A stretch of 64,000 bases of DNA from an uncultured Verrucomicrobiae bacterium (GCA_963726745.1 CAVSDR010000006.1:608001-672000), one strand, 5' to 3'; shown: positions 27,556-37,695, counted from the first letter of the stretch. A program made the numbers and translations. The notes: generated by a model from the letters alone, not told the origin.

Positions 27556-29256
27556 CTAGTCCAGACCAGCCTGCGCCTTTCGCACGAGGGCTCGTTCTTC
27601 CGGGAGGAGCGCTGCTGCATCGCTCCGGCGCAGGAACGCGCGCGCCTTTTCCTTCTCGCCCGCCGCGGCCAGGATGAGCCCGTAATAGGTCGCCACCGCC
27701 GGTTCTTGCAGCTGCGCGTCGCTCAACCGGTTCATCGCCGCCAGAGCTGCCTTGAGATCGCCCCGCGTGAGCAGGCCAAAGGCGTAGGTCGAGACGAAGC
27801 CGCCATTGCCCGGCTCCTTCGCCACCAAGTCGGCAGCGACTTTGCGCGCCCGCTCCAGGTCCACGCCCAGCAGCATCGAGATTTGGGCCAGGTTGTTGGC
27901 CAGAGCGCGATCCTCCGGCCGGAGCTCGGCAAATTTCGTCAGCGTGCGATAAAGCCCGGGTGTGTCCTCCCGTTTCGCATAGTGCTGGTAGAGCGTCTGC
28001 AAAGCCTGGAACTGCATCTCTGGCGCGCGACTGAGTGTCCAGAGCATCTCGATCGCCTCCTCCTGCCAGCCCCAATCGGCCACCGTTTGCGCGAGCAGCG
28101 CCAGCGCCTGCGGGTTTGCCGCCGCTTTCTGCGCGGCAGCCAGTTCCTGCTCGGCCGCGAGTTCTTTCTCTGTGCCGCGGAGCGCGCGCGCGAGAAAGGC
28201 ATGCCGCAAGAAGTCAAAGCCGCCCCAGCTCCCGGCACTCGTTAGGCGTTCGAGCTGGGCCCAATTTTTCTCCTGGGCGTGCGCCTCTGCCACCGCCATC
28301 GGCACCGGCCATTTCCCCAGCGTTTCGGCCGAGATGTTGCCGGCAAATTGAATCGCCTCGGCCGCCAAGCCGTTGCGCACCATCCAGAGCAGGAGGGCCG
28401 AGAGATCCGCCGGCTGCGCCCTCGCTTCATCTTTCAATCGGGTGAAATAGCCGGCAAATTCCGCCGCCTGCATCTGCCGCAAAATCTCCAGGTAAAGCAG
28501 CCGATCGCTGAAGATCGCCTCCGGCAGCGCCTGCAATTCCTCCGCGAGCACGCGCGCCTCCTCCGCCGGTTCGCCGCGGGCCACGCGGTCGATCACGAGC
28601 GTGCGCAGGGCCGCCGCGCGCTGCTTCGGGTCGGTGCGCAATTCTTCCAGCGCCCGCCGCGCCTCCGCCCGGTTCCCCGGCTCCGGGGAACTCAATCGCA
28701 CCAGCGCGAGCTGGAATTTGTAACCCTGATTCTGCGGGTCGAGCGCAACCGCCTTCGCCCAATGCGCCTCGGCGTTCGCCGCATCCTGCCGCAACTCGGC
28801 GAGCTTGCCCGAGGCGGCGTGGAACGGCGCCCAATCGCCTGCGCTGCCCGCAAGTGCGTCGAGCGTCTTCGCCGCAGTTATCAGGTCGCTTGCTCGCAGC
28901 GCGCTCCGGGTCAGCGCGAGGGCATCGTCGCGCGAGCCCGGCTGCGCCAGGAGGACTTTCCGCCGCCACTCCACTGCCGAGGGATCGCCCGCCTGCTCGG
29001 TGATTTCCGCAATGGTGCGCATGGCCTCGACGTTGTCCGGATTCAACTGCAGCGCGCGCCGCGCGATCAGGCTCGCGCTTTTCAGGTCGCCGCCGCTTAG
29101 GACAGCGGCTGCCTGGCGAACGAGGTGCCCTTCCTGCCAGTGTCGGTAACTCCGAAAGCTTCCCCAGAGCAGCGCGACCAGCAGAGCGAACCCGCCCACG
29201 CCCGCGAAGAGCAGCGTGAGGAACGTGCGTTCTGTCCGATTAAACGAAAGGTCCAA
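27556..29256 (-). CDS. Membrane-anchored TPR-repeat protein (paralog of 19218-20927)
   Basis: TM helix; ARRALQLNPD, AVEWRRKV, FVSTYA, YYGLILAA, LLPEE. Start uncertain (TTG 29256 chosen). Confidence 0.75.
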   Translation of the reverse strand: MDLSFNRTERTFLTLLFAGVGGFALLVALLWGSFRSYRHWQEGHLVRQAAAVLSGGDLKSASLIARRALQLNPDNVEAMRTIAEITEQAGDPSAVEWRRKVLLAQPGSRDDALALTRSALRASDLITAAKTLDALAGSAGDWAPFHAASGKLAELRQDAANAEAHWAKAVALDPQNQGYKFQLALVRLSSPEPGNRAEARRALEELRTDPKQRAAALRTLVIDRVARGEPAEEARVLAEELQALPEAIFSDRLLYLEILRQMQAAEFAGYFTRLKDEARAQPADLSALLLWMVRNGLAAEAIQFAGNISAETLGKWPVPMAVAEAHAQEKNWAQLERLTSAGSWGGFDFLRHAFLARALRGTEKELAAEQELAAAQKAAANPQALALLAQTVADWGWQEEAIEMLWTLSRAPEMQFQALQTLYQHYAKREDTPGLYRTLTKFAELRPEDRALANNLAQISMLLGVDLERARKVAADLVAKEPGNGGFVSTYAFGLLTRGDLKAALAAMNRLSDAQLQEPAVATYYGLILAAAGEKEKARAFLRRSDAAALLPEERALVRKAQAGLD

Positions 29257-29368
29257 GAGGCTCAGGGTAATTTGCGCCTCGGGCGAGTCAACGCGCGCGC
29301 GCCCGCCGCACCCGGCGCTTGCCGCCACCGGGCTCCGCGGGCATTTTACCAGCGCTTTCTCCGCTGCC

Positions 29369-30307
29369 ATGAACCCCGATCCGATCCGCGTCGACCGCGT
29401 CACCACCAGCTCGAAAATTTTCGCGCACACCCGTTGGGATGCGCTCCCCGCGCTCGCGGGCCTGTTCCATCTGGCCTTCTTTTTCGCGCTCTTCTTCCTC
29501 TACCCGCGCCTGCCGCTCTGGGTCATGCTCGTGCTCGGGTTTACCTACGCGCTCATGGTCAACGCGAACATCAACGGCGTGGGCCACAACTTCATCCACA
29601 ACCCTTTCTTCCGCGCGCCCCTGCTCAATCGCCTCTTCGGCATCACCCAGTCGATGGCCTGCTGCTTTTCGCAGACCTACTACGACGTGGTCCACATGCA
29701 GCATCATAAAGGGAACAGCGACCGCAAAGGCGAGGACGGCGAGACGATCGATTGGCTCTCGATCTACCGGCATGGGCACGACGACGAGCCGGAAAATCCC
29801 TGGAGCTACGTCTTCCTGAGCTTCTTCCGCGACAACCCCGCGGCGATCGCACGCGAGTTAAAAAAACGCGGCCGCAGCGAGTTGATCTGGGGCAATCTCG
29901 AGCTCGCTGCTTTCGCGACCACGCTCTTCGTGATGTTCCTTTTCAACTGGCGCTACGTGATCTTTTTCTTCCTCCCGTTCTTCTATCTCGGGCACTGCTT
30001 CAGTTACTTAAACGGCTACTTCCGCCACTACGGGGCCGATCCCGACAAGCCGATCGCCTGGGGCGTGAGCAGCTACGGTCGGCTCTACAACTGGCTCTTT
30101 TTCTACAACGGCTACCACGCCGAGCATCACTTCCGCCCAAAGGTGCACTGGACGCAGATGGAGCGTTTCCATTCCCAGATCGCCGATCTCCAGGAAGCCG
30201 AAGGCGTGCGCGTCATCCAGCACGCGCACATGCTTGGCTTCCTCGACCCCAACCTGCCGAAGCGCGGCGATCGCGACGCGAAGCCGGAGTTCCAGCCCAG
30301 CGCCTAA
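29369..30307 (+). CDS. Membrane fatty-acid desaturase family protein
   Basis: Three His boxes HNFIH, HMQHH and HAEHH, plus TM segments. Confidence 0.88.
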   Translation: MNPDPIRVDRVTTSSKIFAHTRWDALPALAGLFHLAFFFALFFLYPRLPLWVMLVLGFTYALMVNANINGVGHNFIHNPFFRAPLLNRLFGITQSMACCFSQTYYDVVHMQHHKGNSDRKGEDGETIDWLSIYRHGHDDEPENPWSYVFLSFFRDNPAAIARELKKRGRSELIWGNLELAAFATTLFVMFLFNWRYVIFFFLPFFYLGHCFSYLNGYFRHYGADPDKPIAWGVSSYGRLYNWLFFYNGYHAEHHFRPKVHWTQMERFHSQIADLQEAEGVRVIQHAHMLGFLDPNLPKRGDRDAKPEFQPSA

Positions 30308-30331
30308 CGAGCGGTCTGTCGCCGCGTGGGC

Positions 30332-31580
30332 TTAGCGCGGATCAGTTACCCGGCCCAGGAAAAGACAAACGCCGCTGGGCACGTGCTGGATCGCGTAGAG
30401 AAACGGGCGATCCACCTTCACTTCCACCGGCTCATCCTGGCCCGGCGCGGCGGTGGTTGCCATCATCACCGCCGCAGTGGCCGCGGCGGCTTCGGTCCCC
30501 TGCTCGTCGACTGCGACGAAGGTTTTGTGGAAGACATCGGAGATGTAAAGATACTCGTCCGGCTTGCGTTCCGCCATTCGGCTAAAGTCCGCGCTCCCCT
30601 GTGGCAGGTCGAACATGGCCTGCAGACCCATCGCCTGTAAGTGCCGCGAAAGCTCCAGCGTTTCCGGGCTAAACTTGAAGCGCGGCAGATGCAAATCCAC
30701 CCGCACCCCCGGCAGCTTCGCGCCCGCGGCGAAGATCCCAGGCTCGAGCTTTTTCTCGAGCGCGCCGAGCCCGTTCTTCTCGTTAGGCAGCAAGATCAGG
30801 AGCTGAAATTCCTCGCCCGCATACGGCAGGGCCACGCTCGTGTAGCCGTCGCCCTGGGCATATCCCAGAGACAGCACCTTCCGCATCATCGGCACTTTCG
30901 CGGGCGTCTCGCCGTTGATCTGGAAGAGCTCCGGTTCAGTCGCGCTTTTGCTAAACTCATGCGCCCAGGGCGCCTTGAAATAGAGCGCGTTCACCAGCAC
31001 CAAGCGCGTCTGCTCGTCCAGCGGCGAAGGAATCAGGTTCTCGATCCGCTCTCGCGTTTGCTCCGCGACCCATTGGTTGATCCGTCGGGTTGCAGACGCG
31101 GCGTTGGCCTTGAAATCGAGCGGCTCCGGCGGGGCGCCGAAGTTTGCCTGCACCTCGGCGAGAAATTCCGGCCGAAGCACGAAGCCCTTTTGCGGGAAGA
31201 GGCGATTGGCCACCGCGAGCACGATCGGTTCACTGGGACCGCCATACTTCTTCGCGTTTTGCGCCTCCGTCGCCCTGCGGGCCACGCTCTCGCCGAGCGC
31301 CTTTTGCAGCGCGTGGAAAGCAGCCGACGATTCGTTAGGCGGCAACTTCAGCGCGCGGAGCATTTCCGCGCGGGTCGCGGCCTTCCGCGCCCGCCAGGGT
31401 CATCGCGAGGGCCTGGCTGATCGAGTAGGGCGAAAGGCAGAGATTCCCCGGGCTGCCCGCCACTTGCTGGTAAAGCGCCACGCCGAAGGCATTGGTCGAT
31501 TGCACCGCCGGGGCGAAGTCGCTGCCTAAAACCGGCCCGGCGAGCGCGCAAGCCATCAGGCTACGGACGAAAAGTCGCAC
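30332..31580 (-). CDS. Secreted serpin (one indel near 31381)
   Basis: NAFGVALY..NLCLSPYSISQALAM (N-part); INQWV..T..RI, LVNALYFKAPW, hinge EQGTEAAAAT, VDRPFLY...LFLGRV.DP. Confidence 0.9.
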
Positions 31581-31845
31581 GCAGCTTTTCCTTTTTCTCC
31601 TCGCAATCCTGCTGCAGCCGGCGCGTTTCGATCGCGAGTTGTTTCTCCAGCGTTTCCGCCTCCTCGTAGCTGCCGCCGCCACGGGCGGTGCGGATTTGCT
31701 CCTTCAGGAAAAGCTCTTTCTCCGCGATTTTTGCGCGATAGCTGGAGTCGATCTCCGCGAGCTGCGCTTTTTGCTCATCGCTCAATTCCACCGTGGGCGC
31801 GCTTTGCTGCAAGCGCTCCATCGCCAACTCATAGGCCGATTTCAT
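31561..31845 (-). CDS. Small hypothetical coiled-coil protein
   Basis: MKSAYELAMERL...YRAKIAEKE; overlaps the serpin start; typical codon usage. Confidence 0.7.
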   Translation of the reverse strand: MKSAYELAMERLQQSAPTVELSDEQKAQLAEIDSSYRAKIAEKELFLKEQIRTARGGGSYEEAETLEKQLAIETRRLQQDCEEKKEKLRATFRP

Positions 31846-31928
31846 CTTCCCTGAGACTCCGGCGCGCGCCGGGAAACGCAACTGCCGCGCTTTGGCAAGC
31901 GTTCCCTCCGCGGGTAGGTTGCGCGCGC

Positions 31929-32705
31929 ATGGCAAAAATTCGGCTCCTGAGCACAGACTTTGACGGCACCCTGGTGGCGCACCAGTCCGACCCGGTGCTG
32001 GACGCGCGCTGCATGGCCTTGATCGCGGAGCTGCAAAAAGAAGGCGCCATCTGGGCGATCAACACCGGCCGCTCGATGGCCTTGCTCGAGTCCGGCCTGG
32101 TCGATTTCGACTTCCCGGTGCGGCCGGATTTTATCCTCACGAGCGAGCGCGATGTCTTCCGCCCGGCGCCGAAGGGGCGCGGAAACTGGGAGCCGTTTGG
32201 CGATTGGAACCAGCGCGTGGCGCGCGATCACCAGGAGCTCTACACCTCGGCCGCGCCGATCTTTGCCGAGGTGCTCGACTTCGTCCAGCGGCACACGAAC
32301 GCCCGCGTGCTCCACGAGACGCATGGGCCCGAGGGATTGATCGCGGAGAGCGAGGAGGAGATGGCGCGAATCCTCGAGTTTGTGGACGAGGTGCGCACGA
32401 AGCACGCGAAGTTCCACTACCAGCACAACACGGTTTACCTGCGTTTTTGCCACGCGGATTACCATAAGGGCGCGGCCCTGGCGGAGCTGGCGCGCTTAAT
32501 CGAAATCCCGCGCGAAGAAACCTTCGCCGCGGGCGATCACTTCAACGATCTCTCGATGCTCGACGGGCGTTACGCCGCGCTCCCGGCCTGCCCGGGGAAT
32601 GCGATCCCGGAAGTGAAGGAAACCGTGCGGGCCGCCGACGGCTATGTGGCCGAGAGCCTCTGCGGTGCAGGCGTGTTTGAGGCGCTGCGCTACTTCGCTG
32701 CCTGA
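31929..32705 (+). CDS. HAD-superfamily hydrolase, subfamily IIB
   Basis: Motif I DFDGT, motif II NTGR, KG.AL, GDHFNDLSML. Confidence 0.9.
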   Translation: MAKIRLLSTDFDGTLVAHQSDPVLDARCMALIAELQKEGAIWAINTGRSMALLESGLVDFDFPVRPDFILTSERDVFRPAPKGRGNWEPFGDWNQRVARDHQELYTSAAPIFAEVLDFVQRHTNARVLHETHGPEGLIAESEEEMARILEFVDEVRTKHAKFHYQHNTVYLRFCHADYHKGAALAELARLIEIPREETFAAGDHFNDLSMLDGRYAALPACPGNAIPEVKETVRAADGYVAESLCGAGVFEALRYFAA

Positions 32706-33208
32706 GCCTCGGCGAGCTGCAGCTCGGGCGTTTCCTCGAGGAGCTCGTTCAGCGGCGGCCATTGCACCGAGCTGTCCATGTCGCGGAAAGCGTGGAGATA
32801 AATCGCGACCGTCTCCGCCGGATATTTAGCCAGCAACTTGTCGATCGCGGCCTTGAGTTTCTCCTTCGAAGGACACGGACCAAGGTCCTCGACGGTGCCA
32901 TCGGGATCGTGCGCGATCTCCAGGGCATCGAGGAAATCGCAAAGCATCTGCTTGTTCGCGCCCAAGAGCCAGGCCTGCACCAGGTGGCTTGCGAGAGTGT
33001 CGCTCAACGGCCGACTCAGCGCCTGCTTCATCCAGGGAAACCGCTCGTTAGGCGGTTTCCGCTCCACGAAAACGCCACGCAGGTTGCGCTGGTTCGCCAG
33101 GCCTTGGATCGCGGCCTTGTAGACCGGCTTCTCCTCCTTTTGCAGGAAGAGAAAAATTTCCGCGGCCACCGCGGGCGACATTTTCTGGAACAGTTCGTGG
33201 GCTCTCAT
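32690..33208 (-). CDS. Hypothetical protein
   Basis: 172-aa ORF with normal composition (MLCDFLDALEI.H..G.VE.L); no family recognised. Confidence 0.7.
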   Translation of the reverse strand: MRAHELFQKMSPAVAAEIFLFLQKEEKPVYKAAIQGLANQRNLRGVFVERKPPNERFPWMKQALSRPLSDTLASHLVQAWLLGANKQMLCDFLDALEIAHDPDGTVEDLGPCPSKEKLKAAIDKLLAKYPAETVAIYLHAFRDMDSSVQWPPLNELLEETPELQLAEAQAAK

Positions 33209-33215
33209 GCAGGGC

Positions 33216-33965
33216 TCATGTTTCGCCCAAGGGATCGGCCGTCGCCAGCGCCAATGGCTGATCGGCGACGATTTTTCCCGCGAAGGTGTTGGTCATGTAA
33301 GTCAGGATCAAAACCCAGAAAGTGAGCGCGAGCGCAAAGAGCGGATACTGCAGCGGGAGCGGGAGCGCGTAGATGATCGCCATCAACGGACCCCAAACCG
33401 CCCAGGTGGCTACAAGCGTGGGGACGATCTTGTCGCGGTAGTGCGTCCAGGTAAGCGCGCGCCGCAGCGAGCGCCAGGAGAAGCCTTCGTTTTTCCACTC
33501 GTAGACCAGCACCTCCGCGGGCGCGGCCAGGAAGGGATTGTAGCCAAACTGGTCGACGCAAACTTTTGCCACCAAGACGGGGAAGGTGACCGCGGTGCCG
33601 AACCAGATCGCGTTATAGCGATACATCAGGTCGACCAGGATGCCGTCAACCGCCCAAGTGGGAATGGTGAAGGCGAGGTTGCGCAGATTTTGCCGGCTCA
33701 TTTTTCCCCGTTGGAAAAAGCCGATGACGAAAAGTTCCGGCAGGAGTGCGCCGGCGATCACGGCCGAGCCGACGACGAAAACCAGCCCGTGCGCCTCGCG
33801 ATAGGCAGCAAGATGTTCGAGCGCGCGATGGACCGGCGGCGCAAAATAGTAGCCCACCAAGAGCGCGAGCATGAACGCCTGGAGGATGAAGCCGGGAAGC
33901 GCGTTCGCCTTGGCCGCTTCCCAACCAAGGGCGAACGGATGCGGGCGGCGGGCGCGGGCGGACAT
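33216..33965 (-). CDS. Membrane protein, Mpv17/PMP22-like
   Basis: KVCVDQFGYNP...IVPTLVATWAVWGP...LPL.LQ.P..FW resembles the Mpv17/PMP22 pattern. Confidence 0.6.
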   Translation of the reverse strand: MSARARRPHPFALGWEAAKANALPGFILQAFMLALLVGYYFAPPVHRALEHLAAYREAHGLVFVVGSAVIAGALLPELFVIGFFQRGKMSRQNLRNLAFTIPTWAVDGILVDLMYRYNAIWFGTAVTFPVLVAKVCVDQFGYNPFLAAPAEVLVYEWKNEGFSWRSLRRALTWTHYRDKIVPTLVATWAVWGPLMAIIYALPLPLQYPLFALALTFWVLILTYMTNTFAGKIVADQPLALATADPLGET

Positions 33966-34053
33966 GCGGCCAAAGCTGTCGCCGGCGCGGCGCGCGGCAA
34001 GTGCTTTCCGGCGCGCGGTTGGACGCGCGGGCTGCGCGCCCTTACTTTGCCGC

Positions 34054-35142
34054 GTGCAACCCGCGGCCAAACCTTCGATTTACTCCTGCTCGCTGGAGGA
34101 ATTGCGCGCGCACCTGGCGGAGCACGGGCAGCCGGCCTACCGCGCGAAACAGATCACCGATTGGCTCTACAAAAAACGCGTCGCGTCCTACGACGCGATG
34201 ACCGATCTGCCGCAGGCGTTGCGCACTTACCTCGCAGAGCACTTTGAGCTGCGTCCACTCGAACTGGTGCGCCTTCTCGGTTCCAAGGATACGACGCAGA
34301 AATTTCTTTTTCGGCTGCGCGACGAAAACCTGATCGAGGCGGTCCTGATTCCCGCGTCGCCCGCGCTCTACGGGCAAACCTCGGATCGCCGGACGATCTG
34401 CGTTTCCAGCCAGGTCGGCTGCGCTTACGGCTGCAAGTTTTGCGCGAGCGGACTCGATGGCTGGACGCGGAACCTCGATGCGGGCGAGATCGTGCAGCAG
34501 TTGCTCGCGGTCGAGGCCGAGAGCGGTGAGCGGATCGACAACGTCGTCTTCATGGGGATGGGCGAGCCGCTGGCTAATATGCAGAATCTTCTGCGCGCGA
34601 TCGCGATCATCAATCAGCCCTGGGGCATGGAGATTGGCGCGCGCCACATCACCGTCTCGACCAGCGGGCTGGCGCCGCAGATTCGGCAATTGGCTAACGA
34701 GACCACGCAGTTCCGCCTGGCGCTTTCGCTCCATGGCGCGACCGATGAAGTCCGCAGCCAGATCATGCCGGTGAACCGGAAGTATCCGCTCGAAGTGCTG
34801 CTCGAGGCTTGCGACGAATATGTCGCGAAGAAGCGGCGGATGCTCTTCGAATACATTCTGATCAACGACATCAACGACACCGAGGAACAGGCGCACGCGC
34901 TCGCGAAAATCGCGCGGAGGTTGTCGGCTAAAATCAATCTCATCCCCTACAATACGGTCGAGGGACTGGAGTGGACCCGGCCGCCACGCGCGCGGCAGGA
35001 GCGCTTCGCCGCGATCCTGCGCGAGCAGGGCGTGGTCGCGACGCTGCGCCGCGAGAAAGGGCACGACATTGCCGCAGCCTGCGGCCAACTGCGCCTGCAA
35101 ACCAAGCGCCGCGAAACGGAGACACGCGCAGCCGCAAGCTAG
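34054..35142 (+). CDS. rlmN: 23S rRNA/tRNA m2A methyltransferase RlmN
   Basis: TICVSSQVGCAYGCKFCA, FMGMGEP, INLIPYN, DIAAACGQL. Confidence 0.96.
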   Translation: MQPAAKPSIYSCSLEELRAHLAEHGQPAYRAKQITDWLYKKRVASYDAMTDLPQALRTYLAEHFELRPLELVRLLGSKDTTQKFLFRLRDENLIEAVLIPASPALYGQTSDRRTICVSSQVGCAYGCKFCASGLDGWTRNLDAGEIVQQLLAVEAESGERIDNVVFMGMGEPLANMQNLLRAIAIINQPWGMEIGARHITVSTSGLAPQIRQLANETTQFRLALSLHGATDEVRSQIMPVNRKYPLEVLLEACDEYVAKKRRMLFEYILINDINDTEEQAHALAKIARRLSAKINLIPYNTVEGLEWTRPPRARQERFAAILREQGVVATLRREKGHDIAAACGQLRLQTKRRETETRAAAS

Positions 35143-35186
35143 GGAAAACTTTTGCGCGGGTTCGCAAGGTGCTCTAGAAAGAAATC

Positions 35187-35867
35187 ATGTCCGGCTACGA
35201 TCCAGAGCCCGATCGCGCTTGGGACGAGTACGATTGGGAGCGCTTTCTCCAGAAGCAGGATGAGAAAACGGAGAAGTACATGGAGCTGCTCGAGAAGTAT
35301 CTCGACCATCCGCAGCGCGACCAAATCATTGCCCGCGAGATGGGTTGGTCGAAGCTCTTGAACACGGGTGAAGAGTGGAACGATGAGGAGGCCGAGCTCC
35401 TCCCGCAGATCGACGACGAAGACGAGGAGATCGAGGAAGTGGACGCGCCCACTGCGATCGAGCAGATCATGGCCGGGAATGAGAGCTTCGAGGACCACAG
35501 TCTCTACCGCGCGGCTTTCGCCCTGACCGTCTGGATCGACCAGCTCTTCGATGAAACGCCCACGCTGCAAAGCGAGCCGGCGGCGGTGAAGCTGGCCACG
35601 CACGCGGCGCTCGCGAGCGCGAAATTAGCCGCCGCCTTGAGCGACGACGACGTGGACGAAATCGGAATGACGATCGCCTATTTGAAGCGCGCGCTGAAGG
35701 CGATCACGAACTCGATGGAAGCGGCCGGGCAATTGTTAGGCGAGCGCCTGATTTCCCCGCGGCAGCATGCGGTCGTCTTGCAGCGCCTCTTCCAGGTGCG
35801 CGACGGCATCATTACCCTGATGGGTGAGTACCGCGGCGAATGGCTCCGGCGCTTCGGCAGCCTTTGA
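35187..35867 (+). CDS. Hypothetical acidic helical protein
   Basis: WDEYDWERFL...IAYLKRAL; coherent ORF between rlmN and the sigma factor. Confidence 0.7.
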   Translation: MSGYDPEPDRAWDEYDWERFLQKQDEKTEKYMELLEKYLDHPQRDQIIAREMGWSKLLNTGEEWNDEEAELLPQIDDEDEEIEEVDAPTAIEQIMAGNESFEDHSLYRAAFALTVWIDQLFDETPTLQSEPAAVKLATHAALASAKLAAALSDDDVDEIGMTIAYLKRALKAITNSMEAAGQLLGERLISPRQHAVVLQRLFQVRDGIITLMGEYRGEWLRRFGSL

Positions 35868-35916
35868 GTCGCGACGTGCCCGCGGTTGAATGAAATAGCG
35901 GGAATTCCGTCCATCT

Positions 35917-36528
35917 ATGCATACGGAAACGACCACGGCCCCGGCCGAAGTCTCAGATCACGATTTGGTGGCTCGCTGCCAGGAAGGTGACACGGAGGCC
36001 TTCGATCAGCTCGTGGGGCGTTACCGCACCCGAGTTTTTGGCATGATTTACAACATGGTGCATAGCGAACAGGACGCCTGGGATCTGGCCCAGGATAGTT
36101 TCCTGAAGGCGTGGAAATCCATTGGCCGCTTCCGCGGGCAATCGAGCTTCTACACCTGGATCTATCGCATCGTGATGAATGTGACCATCGACTGGCTGCG
36201 CAAAAAGCAGGTCAAGGGTACTGGCGCGGAGTTTGACGACGCGATCCAGCTTAAGGAAGTGGACCCGGCTTCGCGCACCCTGCCGAAGGCCGATGCGCTC
36301 CCGCACCAGCGGATGATGCACGGGGAAATCCGCCAGCGGATCGATGCCGCGATCGCCCAGCTCACGCCGGAACATCGCGCGGTCATTTTGATGAAGGAGA
36401 TCGAGGACATGCAATACCACGAGATTGCGGAAAGCCTCGGCTGCTCCATCGGCACGGTGATGTCGCGCCTGTTTTATGCGCGCAAGAAATTGCAGAATTT
36501 GTTGAGGGATCTTTATGAAAACGTTTGA
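35917..36528 (+). CDS. ECF sigma-70 factor (RpoE-like)
   Basis: GDTEAFDQLV, DLAQDSF.KAW, FYTWIYRI, EIAESLGCSIGTVMSRLFYAR. Confidence 0.93.
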   Translation: MHTETTTAPAEVSDHDLVARCQEGDTEAFDQLVGRYRTRVFGMIYNMVHSEQDAWDLAQDSFLKAWKSIGRFRGQSSFYTWIYRIVMNVTIDWLRKKQVKGTGAEFDDAIQLKEVDPASRTLPKADALPHQRMMHGEIRQRIDAAIAQLTPEHRAVILMKEIEDMQYHEIAESLGCSIGTVMSRLFYARKKLQNLLRDLYENV

Positions 36529-37039
36529 GGAAAAGTGGACTGCCTGGCTCGACGGCGAGCTCAGCGGGAAAGAGCTGGCAGAGTTTGAGGCCTCGCTCCC
36601 GGACCCGCATGCTGCTGCGCAGGAGAAGCGCGAGGCACAGCAGCTCGGCCGGTTTCTCAAGGAACAGCTCAGCCTGCAGACGATGGCGAACGCGGACTTT
36701 TTCCAGCATCAGCTGCGGGAAGAGATTGCGCGCGAGCGTGCGCTCGCGACGCCGGCCCGCCCCGCGGCGCCGGTGGCAGCGGGTTGGTGGAGCATCGGCC
36801 GGCTGCTCTGGATGGGTGCGTCTGCGATGGCGGTGTTTGCGCTCTGCACGTTCTTCATTCTCCGCGACCAGCCAAATGCTGGCCGTTCGAGTTATCTCAC
36901 GCAGATCCAGAATGCGCGCATCGATCCCGTGACCAGCCCGGATGCGACCGTGTCGGTCTTCGAGACGAAGGAAGACCGCGTCACCGTGATCTGGATGAGC
37001 GGCCTGGAAATGTTGCCCTCGGAATACGCCGCGAAGTAA
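36515..37039 (+). CDS. Putative anti-sigma factor
   Basis: Overlaps the sigma factor; AWLDGELS..E..EFE N-terminus; single TM helix. Confidence 0.75.
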   Translation: MKTFEEKWTAWLDGELSGKELAEFEASLPDPHAAAQEKREAQQLGRFLKEQLSLQTMANADFFQHQLREEIARERALATPARPAAPVAAGWWSIGRLLWMGASAMAVFALCTFFILRDQPNAGRSSYLTQIQNARIDPVTSPDATVSVFETKEDRVTVIWMSGLEMLPSEYAAK

Positions 37040-37476
37040 TGCGCGCGCTCGCCCCTCTCGTCCTTTGCTTTGCGCTCCTGGTGTCTGCCAGCGGCGCGCA
37101 GGCTGGCGAGAGCGTCTGGAGCGGAATCGTGATCGCGCAAAATGTGGCCAACCCGGCGCCGATGCCGCCGGAGTTGAAACCCTTTGAGGGCACGCTCAAG
37201 GCGATCTTTGGCTACAACCAATTCCAAGTCATCGGGCAGGAGCGCCGCCGGCTGAAGACCGGCGAGGAAGAATGGCTCGCGCGGAGTAAATATTTCTCGC
37301 TGCAGGTGAAATCACAGGCCGCGGAAAAGGCCGGCTATGCGCTCAACCTCAAGCTTTACCAGGAAAGCAAAGTCCTGCTGGAGACCGAGGCGCGTTTGAC
37401 CGAGAGCAGCCCGCTGGTGATTCGCGGGCCGCAGATCGGCGACGGCCAGCTGGTGGTTTTGCTCGTCCTCGAGTAA
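37039..37476 (+). CDS. Hypothetical secreted protein
   Basis: Signal peptide MRALAPLVLCFALLVSASGAQA; TAATG coupling to the anti-sigma gene. Confidence 0.7.
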   Translation: MRALAPLVLCFALLVSASGAQAGESVWSGIVIAQNVANPAPMPPELKPFEGTLKAIFGYNQFQVIGQERRRLKTGEEEWLARSKYFSLQVKSQAAEKAGYALNLKLYQESKVLLETEARLTESSPLVIRGPQIGDGQLVVLLVLE

Positions 37477-37695
37477 CCCCGGCGCAACTCTGCGCGCGGC
37501 GCGAAATTTTTGCTCCCGCGGGAGAATTCGCATTGACGGCCCGGAACGGAAGCGGCATGAAGCCTGCTCAAGTTTAACCGTCTCTCCATCAATGCTGACT
37601 ATCGGTTCCTTTGCCATCGCCCTCTCCGCCGTCCTTGGCTGCGTCTGGTGGGCTTGCGCGAAAGACCGCGGCCAGATGTGAGCGCCAGTTAAACT

